Assembly: GCF_009914755.1 (NCBI RefSeq)
Contig: NC_060936.1
Strand: one strand, 5' to 3'
Origin: the human T2T-CHM13v2.0 reference genome, Homo sapiens
Length of the DNA stretch: 64,000 bases
Shown in pieces: positions 1 to 37,937 of this stretch. A program made the translations under genes and the position numbers. Position 1 is the stretch's first letter. Each line of letters starts with the position of its first letter. The notes beneath the pieces were generated by a model. That model saw nothing but the letters and a program-made list of their open reading frames with translations, ran no database searches and had not been told where the DNA came from.

Positions 1-2660
<2,660 letters not shown>

Positions 2661-3301
2661 ATTGGAGACTATAAGTGATGTGATTTGTTAACTCTATTTA
2701 ATGCATTGTCCAAGGCATTTTTTAAATAATAATACTTAATCCTACTCAGCCTTGAAACTCAAATGCCATCTTTTCAGGAAGTCTTCCTTCGATTATCTCA
2801 ATCAAATATACGATGCTGTTTTCAACTCTCCAGTTTAGATCTGTATTATAATTACTAGTGTATCTGTCATATACCCACTACTCAGGACCATCACCTGACC
2901 ATATTATGCTTCTGTGAAAATCAGAAAATGATGCCTCTTCCAGGGGGTCATAGCCCCACATTAGACAAAACAGTGTGGTCGGCAAGCAGTGTCTTTGTGA
3001 AAATTAAAAGAAGGTACCAGAAGCACATAGATATAGCCCCCAAAGGCACATTGTGTGGCCAAAGAAACACCTTGATTTCAACATCCATTCACACTTGGTC
3101 AGGAACTCTTGGACAAATGAAAACCTAACAACCAAGCTTGGCAAAAGTATCTTTCTACCACTACCAAAATTAGCAGAGGAATCATGCCTCATATGATACA
3201 CACTGAGTAAATACCTAATGAATTAACAGCCCAATCAGAACAAGGGAAAGAAAAAAAAAGAAAGTTAAAACTTTCCATTTCAAAGCTATCAATCTTTAAA
3301 T

Positions 3302-3512
3302 CAGGGGTCAGGACACTACAGCCCACAACCTGTTTTGGTCTGGCTTCTGGGCTAAGAATGATTTTTATGTTCCTCAAGAGTTGCTTATGGTAAAAGGAAT
3401 TTGAGGGGAAATGGAAAAAAAAAAAAAGGATATGCAACAGAGAAGCTATATGGCCCTAGAGCCTAAAATACTTATTACCTGAGACTTTACATAAAAAGTT
3501 TGCCCATCCTCA
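3302..3512 (+). mobile_element. MER58-like hAT-Charlie MITE
   Basis: Starts caggggtc, has the gctaagaatgattttt core, and ends aaagtttgcccatcct. Confidence 0.6.
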
Positions 3513-3749
3513 CACTGAAGAAAAAAAAAAACATAGCTGCAACAGCAATACAACAATTAAAAATCAAGCAGAGCCAGGTGCAGAGGTGCAGCCTGTAGTC
3601 TCAGCTACTCAAAAGGCTCAGGTGAGAGGATCGCTTGAGCCCAGGAATTAAAGGCCAGTCTGGGCAACGTTACAAGACCCTGTCTTTTAAAAACTGAAAG
3701 ATAAAGTTGTTTATTATTTTACATGAATCAGTATTTACTACTTCTGCAT

Positions 3750-3950
<201 letters not shown>

Positions 3951-4136
3951 CTCCAGTACTTCTAAAATAAACTGCTGGATAGCATTAAATTATTTTCATG
4001 AAGTTTTATGTACATATAAGAAATGTCATGAATGTCCCCATATTCTCCTTTAAGTAATGCTTTATATTAAAATTTGAGGTTGATCCACCTACTGAAAAAA
4101 AAAACGTATTTTACTAGTGTACATGTGATGGCAATA

Positions 4137-7218
<3,082 letters not shown>

Positions 7219-7919
7219 CTGGGGAGAAAAAACATGCAATCTCTATTGGTACTGTCACCATACAATATAATTATAGAGCTTCATGTCTTTTTATTTTTCA
7301 CCATTCTGCTCATCCATCACCATTTTTCAACACTCCTCCTCTATATGTCCTTCAGTAGTTTCTAATGCTATTTCAACAAGACCTGGGTAACAGATTTTTT
7401 TATATAATCAAAATATTTCATTGATCCAGGTTTCTAGAATCAGACTGGTTGTATAGAAGTAACTAATTTTCTTTGGCATAAGGGTACCACATACCTCTAA
7501 CCCCCTTCCAGTAAAACTGTAAGAATGCTCTTCCCTCCAGCTATTCACATGGCTGCCCCTTTCTTGTTAGTTACCAACTTAAATGTCACCTCCTGAAAGA
7601 AGCCTTCTCAAACTACCCCCTCTACAGCAGCTCCCCAACTATTATGTCTACCCGTTTTAATACTTAAGTAACTAATATTTAGTACATCAGTTAGACAATT
7701 AACTAAAATCTAGAAATCAAGTTCCACCTCTTAAGGTTAACTCACTTAGGTGAGTCATTTTGTTCTTCCAATTTCAGACTTCTTGTTGTTGTTTACATTA
7801 TTATTAGAAAGGGAAATCCTATACCACGTATTGAATATTTTCTCCCTAAAAAGTTGAGTCAAATGAGGTGGCAAGAGGGGGTAGGCCATGACAACCCAAA
7901 CACAGTGAAGCTAGAGTTT

Positions 7920-7950
<31 letters not shown>

Positions 7951-8074
7951 AGGAAACTGAGGTGGGAAGGCAACTCTAAATTCACACAGAACAACTGCCA
8001 GATTAATCCGGTCATATAATCATCTAGGATCATTGTTTCAAAACAATTACCATTCACACAAGAACTAATATCAG

Positions 8075-8330
8075 CATTAATTGCTTGGGTTCAAATTCCG
8101 GCTCCATCACTTCTCAGCTCTGTGGCCTTAATCCTGTGACTTCAGCTCTCTGTGTTTCAATTTCAACATCTATGAAATGAAGATGAAAATAGTACCTTCT
8201 CAAAAGAAAAAAAATAGTATCTTTTCATAAGGTTGTGGAAATTAAGTAATATTCCATACAGATCGCATAGCTTAAAACAGTGCCTGGTATGTTATTAAGT
8301 GTTTAATAACTGCTAGCTAATATAATTATT
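8075..8330 (+). mobile_element. MIR
   Basis: gggttcaaattccggctccatcactt...catctatgaaatgaagatgaaaatagtacc...aaaacagtgcctgg core. Confidence 0.7.
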
Positions 8331-8375
8331 TCCTCATATTCCAGCATACACTAGAGTAGTAAAGGAGAAAAAAAA

Positions 8376-8650
8376 GGCCAGTCGCAGTGGCCCACACCTG
8401 CAATCCCAGCACTCTGGGAGGCCAAGGTGAGTCCAGGAATTTGAGACCAGCCTGGACAACATGGCGAAATCTCGTCTCTACAGAAAGTTTTAAAAATTAG
8501 GCAGGTGTGGTGGCTCATGCCTACAGTTCCAGTTACTTGGGAGCTGAGGTGGGAGGATCACTTAAGCCCAGGAAGTCGAGGCTGCAGTGAGCCAGGATCA
8601 TGCCACTGGACTCCAGCCTGAGTGACAGAGCGAGACCCTGTCTTAAAACA
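8376..8650 (+). mobile_element. AluJ-type element
   Basis: Diverged Alu dimer. Confidence 0.85.
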
Positions 8651-8830
8651 CCACCACCACCACCACACTCTTCATATGAAGTTTTACCCCTTCAGTGCCT
8701 TTACCCCTTGAGTCCCTCTAGAGAAAGGGATAAAAGGCTTGGTCATGAAGCCATGAACAACTAGATCCAACCTAGACACACCAAAAAATCCAAACAACTC
8801 AGGTAGAAAAGGATCTTAGGGCTCTAGTCC

Positions 8831-9033
8831 CATGCTGTCCAAGAGAACTTTGTACAATGATGAAGATGTCCTATGTCATGTTGTCCAATATTGCAGCCAT
8901 TAGGCACATGTGGCAGCTAAGCACTTGAAATACGATTAGTATGGCTGAGGAACTGAAATATTTAAATTTTAATCAACATAATTTTAAATTTAAAGAACCA
9001 TGTGTGGAAGTAGCCACAATACTGGACAGTGCC
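8831..9033 (+). mobile_element. MER3 (hAT-Charlie MITE)
   Basis: Terminal inverted repeats gctgtccaa...tggacagtgc, with internal cacatgtggc and gcacttgaaa motifs. Confidence 0.8.
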
Positions 9034-9914
9034 CATTCCCATCTTCTCGAGTTCTCCAGACAGTAAGCCACCCCCTTCCACGGCATTCATATCACCTCTG
9101 ACTTATGCACCAAGAATGCTTCCTGACAGGAAACTCAAGTCTCTCCCAACGATCTACCCGTTGCTCATAAACTTATCCCTTTCTGGAGGCCACAAAACAA
9201 TTGTATTCCCCTTCAAAAGACTATCAGTGGAGGAGAGGGGAGTATAGCTGAAACAACGTTGGCCATTTACTGATAACTGCTAAAGCTGAGTGACAGGTAC
9301 ATAAGATTCATCCAGCTGTTCTCTTTCTAAATACGTTGAAATTTTACATTTTAAAAACCTTATTAGCGTTTACTTTAAGCTCATTTCATTTTCTAACTGA
9401 AACATATTCTTCCAAATGTGTTTCCTTACTTTCAGTGAGGACCCCCTCCAATTCTTCTATCACACTGTGAACCAAATTTTTTCTACATACACCATGTGTA
9501 TAGCAATCCCTGTACTTTAGCACAAACTCTTCCCGCCTGGAACTTCCTCCTCTCTTCATGGCCTTACTGAAAACTGCTTATCTTCCTTGAAGATCCATCT
9601 CAACTCTCATTATTTTGAAGCCCTTTTTCTTCACTGCCCACCCATGGCAGTCCCCTCCCAGTGCTACCAATTTAAACTATCTGCATGCCTGCCTTCTCTA
9701 CTACACTGGGTAACCTGGAAGCAGAGATAATGTTTCATTCATCTTTGTCTCTGTCCTAGTCTGACAGCATCAAATGTGTAATGAATTAATGAATATACAA
9801 ACTTAATGAAACGCTAAACTGTAGCCATTCATACTGTACTACCCCAAGCCCATCAATACCACTTTTCAACCTTAACTTGCTGGTGTAGTTTCTACTGGTT
9901 TCCAAACATGCTAA

Positions 9915-10110
9915 TAAGAACAGCTAAAAGTTACTGAGCACTTATTACTTGCCAGGCATTGCTTTAAGCGTGTTACATGTTTAATTCATTTAATCCTCTT
10001 CCATCCCCTTTTTACAGGGGAAGAAACTTAAGCATAAGTGAAAATAACTTGCCTTACATCACGAAGTATGAAGGAGCAGGGATGCGAATACTAATTGTAA
10101 AGTCCCTGCT
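9915..10110 (-). mobile_element. MIR
   Basis: tactgagcacttatt...gccaggcattgctttaagc...tttacaggggaagaaact. Confidence 0.65.
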
Positions 10111-10586
10111 CCTGTGTACAACAAGGAAGACAAATCATAATCTCAAATGCAAGCTTCAAATCCCAAAATTCAGATTTGGGAAAGGGGATTAGGATGCCAA
10201 ATAGGAATACTGACCTGTAAAAAGAAAAAGTAACTTTAGGCATTCTCCACAAAACAGTGTGAGGGAAAATGGTAATCTTTTTATTCTTGTAATTTATAGT
10301 AAGCTACTACTGAATAAGAAAGCTAACTTGTACTAGACAAAGTTAAGTTCTACAGGAAGTTTTTAATTATTAGAATTAGTTTCATGGAAAATTTGGGCTA
10401 GATCTTAAAGGGTAAGTATGAGGATCTCGAATGGCAGAACAATGATGGAGGAGCAAGCAAGAGGCAGACACTGGGCACTGGACCTCCACAAGCAGTGAGG
10501 AAGGAGACCATCTTGATTTAAATGGAGGTCATATTTTTGAAGAGTTAATGGGAAACATGATCAGAAAGGTAAAATGGAGTTCTATT

Positions 10587-11385
<799 letters not shown>

Positions 11386-12109
11386 ATTAGGTCATAGAAA
11401 GCTTTGAAGGTAGACTCCCTCAGGCTTGGGAATAGGGTGATTTTTAAGCAGAGGGGTAACCCAACACAAGTAGAGTTGAAGTCTAACAGCAAAAGGTAGG
11501 CTAGGTTAAACCCATGGATAAAATTAATGTATCGCAGTAATTAAGAATAAAATGTACAACCTCCTGATATTGTTTGGCCCAAATAAATAACAGCATAGCC
11601 AAGAATTTGCCTAAAGTCACAGAGGAAAGGAATTATTCTCTCAACTATTATATTCCTTCCCTCTGGAAGACTAACATGTACTGCTGAAGTCTTGTTCAGT
11701 GTCCTTCTAGCCCCAGACTTTGCAGCCTACCAACATGGACTGAGACAGGGAAAGCGTGGGCAAGTGAGTTCCATACTCTAATTTTCCTACAGAAGCATCC
11801 TAAGTGGTGTGTGGGTTCTCAGATCAAGTCACAAACACATTCACAGCCCATGATATCGTACAACACTACTTTTTAGTTCAAATTAATTATGAGTAACAAC
11901 AGACTATCTGCCAAAATAGGGAGCTGCAGAAAACTAACCATCATTTATGATGTTGTTTCCAAATTTCAAAATTTAAAAAAAAAAAAAATTATAAACAAAC
12001 TTTTTGATTGAAACTCACTGATAGAGAACTGCCAGGACTAAAGCATGGTTGATTGAAGAAATTTTATTGCTGACAATAATCACCGGATTGTTTTCTTCAT
12101 TATTGTTAT

Positions 12110-17585
<5,476 letters not shown>

Positions 17586-17614
17586 TAGTTTCTCATCACC
17601 AAAGATGGTATGAA

Positions 17615-18625
<1,011 letters not shown>

Positions 18626-19571
18626 CCTTTTTTTTTTTTTTTTGAGATAAGAGTCTCACTATGTCACCCAGGCTGGAGTGCAGTGGCGTGTTCTTGGTTC
18701 ACTGCAACCTCCTCCTCCTGGGTTCAAGTGATTCTCCTGTCTCAGCCCCCCCGAGTAGCTGGGATTACAGGAGCGCGCCACCGTGCCTGGCTAATTTTTG
18801 TACTTTTAGTAGACACAGGGTCTCACCATGTTGGCCAGGCTGGTCTCGAACTCCTGACCTCAGGTGATCCACCCACCTCAGCCTCCCAAAGTGCTGGGAT
18901 TACAGGCGTGAGCCACTGGGCCCAGCCAGAGATAAGGTCTTGCTGTGTTGCCCAGGGCCTTGAACTCCTGGGCTCCAGCGATCCTCCCACCTCAGCTCCC
19001 CAAGTAGCTGGGACTATGGGTGCACGCCATCACACCTAGCCATTTTGTGAACTGCTGACCAATGCTCCTCTCTGCAGACAGAAAGTTCGGTGTGGTTAGG
19101 AGTTAAATGGGAAGAAAGAGGAGGCTGGGTGCAGTGGCTCATGCCTGTAATCCCTCCCAACACTTTGGGAGGCCAAGGCAAGAGTTTCACTTGAGCCCAG
19201 GAGTTTGACACCAGCCTGGGCAACAGAGCAAGATCCTATCTCCGAAAAATTAAAAATAAGAAAAGTAATTAGCCGGACATGGTGGTACACACCTGTAGCC
19301 CCAGGTACTCAGCAAGCTGAGGTGGGATGATGGGATGATTGCTTGAGCCCAAGAATTCGAGGTTACACAGTTACAGTAAGCTATGATCGTGCCACTACAC
19401 TCCACCCTGAGCAACAGAGGAAGATTCTGTCTCCAAAAAAGAAAAAAAAAAAAAAGATGACAACGGAACGGGAGGTGGGTGTAGTCCCAGCTACTAAGGA
19501 GGCAGAATCATCTGGGCTCAGGAGTTCAAGGTCAGCCTCAGCAACATAAGGAGACCCTGTCTCTTAGGAAC

Positions 19572-19787
19572 AAAAGGGGAGGGGGAGAGAGAAGGGGAGG
19601 GAGGGGGGGAGAGAGAAGGGGAGGGAGGGAGGGAGAGAGGAAGGGTTGGGAGAGACAGAGAAAGAAAAAGAAAGGAAAAAATAAAAAGGAGAGAAAGGAA
19701 GGAAAGAAGGGAAGACAGGAGGAGGCAGCGGGGAGGGGAAAAAAGGAGAGGAGGGATGAAGAGAAAGAAAGGAAACGACAAAGAAAG
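19572..19787 (+). repeat. GA-rich polypurine low-complexity tract
   Basis: About 215 nt, almost entirely G and A, with repeated ggggagggagggggagagagaa-like units. Confidence 0.9.
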
Positions 19788-20221
19788 GCCAGGCATGGTG
19801 GCTCATGCCTATAATCCCAGCACTGGGAGGCCGAGGCAGGTGGATCACCTGAGGTCATGAGTTCGAGACCAGCCTGGCCAACATGGTGCTACCCCATCTC
19901 TACTAAAATACAAAACCTAGCCGGCTGTGGTGGCAGGTGCCTGTAGTCCCAGCTACTTGGGAGGCTGAGACAGGAATAGCTTGAACCCAGGAGGTGGAGG
20001 TTGCAAGGAGCCAAGATTGCCCCACTGCACTCTAGGCTCGGCAACAGAGCGAGACTCCATCTCAAAAAAAAAAAAAAAAAAAGAAATGTATTAGAAATAA
20101 AAGTACATCAGATTCTAATGCCAGTTATGCAGCCAATGATGAGATACTCTGGTAAATAACCCTCTTGGTCTCAATTTCTTCACCCGTAAATAGAATGAGT
20201 ACTAAAAAACCACCAGAGCCA

Positions 20222-20891
20222 GAGAAATCCAAACTACCAGGGAAAGGGAGGGGCCCACTGAGAACCACCCCAGCAACCCGACCACAGCTGGTCTTCCCTG
20301 GACACCATGAACCACAATGTCCAAACCTCTTCACTCCTGCCAACATCGGCCATCCCCCTAACTATGAGATGCTCAAGGAGGAGCAAGAGGTGGCTGTGCT
20401 GGGGGCACCCCACAACCCTGCTCCCCCAATGTCCACCGTGATCCCCATCCACAGCGAGAACTCCGTGCCCGACCATGTCGTCTGGTCCCTGTTCAACACC
20501 CACTTCATGAACTCCTGCTGCCTGGGCTTCATAGCATTGGCCTACTCCGTGAAGTCTAGGGACAAGAAGATGGTTGGCGACCTGATCAGGGCCCAGGCCT
20601 ATGCCTTTACCGCCAAGTGCCTGAACATCTGGGCCCTGATTGTGCGCATCATTACGACCATTCTGCTCAGCATCATCCCAGTGTTGATCTTTCAAGTCTA
20701 TCAACAGATCAGGAGGCATTATCTAGGCCAGGAGCTCTGCCCGTGATCTGATTCCCATGTACTCCATCCACCCTCCATTCCTCGCCCTGCCCCCAGAGCC
20801 AAGTTCTCTATCAGCCGTTTATCCTCACACACTTTTCTACAATGGCATTCAATAAACTGCACGTGTTTCTGGTTTAAAAAAAAAAAAAAAA
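20222..20891 (+). pseudogene. IFITM3P5: Processed IFITM3 pseudogene (retrocopy), antisense to ATXN2; probably IFITM3P5
   Basis: It has the IFITM3 5' UTR, an ATG at 20307 and CD225-domain sequence ([10 protein letters not shown]...VWSLFNT...CCLGF...SRD...KCLNIWAL). The exon junction is joined without an intron (GTGAAG/TCTAGG). AATAAA is at 20851-20856, poly(A) at 20876-20891, and TSD CACCAGAGCCA at 20211-20221 and 20892-20902. A 1-nt deletion follows codon 7. The P-number is from memory and less certain than the IFITM3 origin. Confidence 0.93.
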
Positions 20892-20979
20892 CACCAGAGC
20901 CATTCCAACTCCAAATGCGTTTTACTCTACATTGTTGAACATCTACTATGTGCCAAGAACAGAACATAAGAAGAATTTA

Positions 20980-29142
<8,163 letters not shown>

Positions 29143-29297
29143 TTAACATTTATGTAGATTTCACACCACGTAAGTACAGAACCACATACATTAAAAACAA
29201 AGAAAAGAAAATAGACCTCCTATTTTAGCAAGCCAAAATCAAGGTTACAAAAAGATATCCTGAAGGGCAAGTACTGTCCGTGACTGTATTCCATAAA

Positions 29298-30192
<895 letters not shown>

Positions 30193-30265
30193 CTTAAAAT
30201 ACACAGCATGATCTTGTGTATATATTACGTTTCTATTTATTTCAAGGGAGGGGCCCCAGAACTTA

Positions 30266-35129
<4,864 letters not shown>

Positions 35130-35167
<38 letters not shown>
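35130..35167 (+). repeat. (AC)n microsatellite in an Alu tail; a shorter (AC)n lies at ~35296-35313
   Basis: Read directly. Confidence 0.95.
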
Positions 35168-35172
<5 letters not shown>

Positions 35173-37707
35173 TAGATTACAGTAAAATTATGTTCTAATA
35201 TTGTGATTACATTATCTTTCCTAAAACAGCCACCTTCAAAAATATATATAACAAAGAACAAAATAAATCACTTCTGAAAGTCATGAAAAACTATTCACAC
35301 ACACACACACACAAAGTCAAATTATGAAATGTTTCTTAAAGCAGATGTGAATTTCCAGACTTTCAAGCATATTTTGCTATCTCGAAACTTGTCAAACCGA
35401 ATGCTGCATTTTTTTTCACCCTTGCTCTCAGAGACTTATTTTCACTGTTGATACGCACAAACCTAAGTGAGGAGATTCTAGAAGCTGAAACTTATTTACA
35501 AGGAATGCAGGAAAGTGATTCAAATTCAAAGTAATTCTACAAGTACATTAACGATCTGTTCAAGAATAAAACTTCACATTACACAAATCCAACACAGTAA
35601 ACAAAATTTCACCTATTCATCAGAAAGAATAAGGGCTGCCATTTAGGTCTCAAGTAAAAGAACTTAAAGCAAGGAAAAATCTAAATTAACCTTAAATTGT
35701 TGTAAAGCCTCAAGGAACAGAAAAAAGACCTTGTGGTACTAAAACATTCCAAATATCTTTGATCACTCAAACTACTCAGGAGCAAATTCTCTTATAATCT
35801 AATTTTTAAGCCTAGTAGTCAATGCAACTTAATAACCTTAGTTTTAATGTTTATATATTTGAACATGTTGAATTATCTGCCAAATCTCTTCCTAATACCT
35901 AAGAAAGTAAAAACAGAATACATCCTTTTCTATAAAAGTTGTATTTTAAATTTTTTCATTTTTCGCTAGATGCCAACGAAAAAGGGAAACTGAAGTTACC
36001 CTACTTGGGGAAACGATCACTTCATCTGAACTAGTTTGGCTAAGTAGTGTTTGGGATGCTTCAGACTCAGAGAAGGGGAAGGGGGGGCGGGGCGTGTAAA
36101 GTCAAATAACCGACTGTTTCCGCCCCCTTTGAAGGCAGCAGAATTCCTTAAAAACCAGCTGATTCCTCTTGATGGGGAATTTCTGCTGTAAATAAAAATT
36201 CTTTGGAAATGGGTTGCTGAAAATGTGTTTTCAAAAAGAAAACTCGGGTGAATGAAAAATCCTCTTATTCCACCTTCCAAAGCCCAAGATGCCTATTTAA
36301 GGAGGACGCCGGTCACCCGCCGTCAAGCCGGCGGCCTAGGCCTAAAGAAGGCACAGTAGTGCCTACAACACGGATGGACTTGAGGCACAAGGGAAATGGA
36401 CTTGCGTGCCCTTGGTAAGCTCTGGCGGCACTCCCGAAGTTAAGGACACCGGCCACAATGGAATGGAGTCTATTGACGTTTCCTTCTCCCTTTGAACACT
36501 AAGCATTTTCTTAGTTCGTGAAATACGAACTGACAACCGCCCGCCACCCCCAACAGGCCCTCCTGCACAAACACACCCTCGAGTCAAACCCAGTTAGCCG
36601 GGACAACACTGAGCCCCCAGCCCCTACTACAACCCCGGCTTAGGAGGGAAAAAGACGCTAGTAAACACCCGCCTTTCTGCCTTCAGGAACCCGACCACGT
36701 CCCCTGCTGCAATCTCTCTCTCCTAGCATTTCCGAAATTGGGGCGGGGGTTGGGATAAGTGCGCAGGGTGCCCGCCCCCTGCCACCAGCACCGCCACCCC
36801 GGATCTCCAGGGTCCAGCCTGGGTCCAGCCCTCACCCACCGATGTTCCACAGGCGCCTTCTCCACTGCGGCCTCGAACAGCAATGCGGATCGGCCACCAC
36901 CCGCGCGCCGGAGAGGTCTGGCGGGGGAAGGAGGAAGGCCGGGACGGGGCCGGGCACTCCCCACCCCTTCCCTTCCCCAGGTGGGGGAGGGTGGAACGCT
37001 GCCGGAGGCCACATGGAGCCCCACGATTTCAGGGGAGTTCGGGAGCCCCCGCCGCCGCCTCGGACACGAACGCAGAGGGGTGCGGGGGCCAAGGCCCACT
37101 TGTCTCCACCCCGTCCTCCGATCTTTCCCAGGACTCGGAGGGGGCGGGGAGAGAGCCCCGACAGACCCTGATGATTCCGGAGGAGCCCGGTGCCTACCCC
37201 TTTAACCGGCACGGGGGACGCGGCCCTAACTTCTCCCCTCCAGAGATGTCCCCCATGGAGGGGGACATGTTCCGGAAAACGCCACCACAGCCTCCAGACC
37301 CCTCCAACGTTCACACCTAAACCGGGAGTGGAGGAGCTGCCCGAGCATCCCCACGCTGCGGGCGGAGGATCGTGCGGAAGGGGGAGCCGGGGCTGACCAT
37401 CGCCGCTACCCGAGAACCCCTCCCAACACGCGTGGGGAGGGGAGGCCGCCCGCTCCCTCCATCTTGACCGCCGGGGGAGGGGGCGGGGATGCTGCGGGAG
37501 GCTGGACAGGCCTGACAATCCCAGAGGACCCCGGCTGCGCCCACCGGCCGAGCCTCGGGGCTCAGGCCCGAGCGAGTCTCCCCCGCGCTGCCGGCCCCCA
37601 GCCCACCCCGGGTAGCCCGGCGGGTCACGGGGCGGGGACGGCGGCGCGGGCCGCGGGGGAGGGGACGCCGGGCCCGGAGCGGAGGGGGCTGGGGTGCCGA
37701 CACCCAC

Positions 37708-37872
37708 CTGCCCAGGCCGGGCCTCCCGCCGCCGGAGGTCGCCGCGACCACCGAGGAGGGAGCCGTGGCCGAGGACGAGGAGACCGAGGACGAGGACGGC
37801 GAAGGCGCGGCGGCGGGCGACGCTAGAAGGCCGCTGCCGCCGGGCTTGCGGACATTGGCAGCCGCGGGCGGC

Positions 37873-37937
<65 letters not shown>

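Noticed and set aside
7740-7757. Short inverted repeat ACTCAC-TTAG-GTGAGT with an AP-1 site TGAGTCA
   Set aside because: Too short to be significant in 64 kb without functional data.
19518-19858. Pro/Ser/Leu/Phe-rich ORFs in three frames
   Set aside because: A low-complexity pyrimidine tract that cannot contain stop codons.
20234-20719. 161 aa ORF on the - strand
   Set aside because: Antisense shadow of the IFITM3 coding frame.
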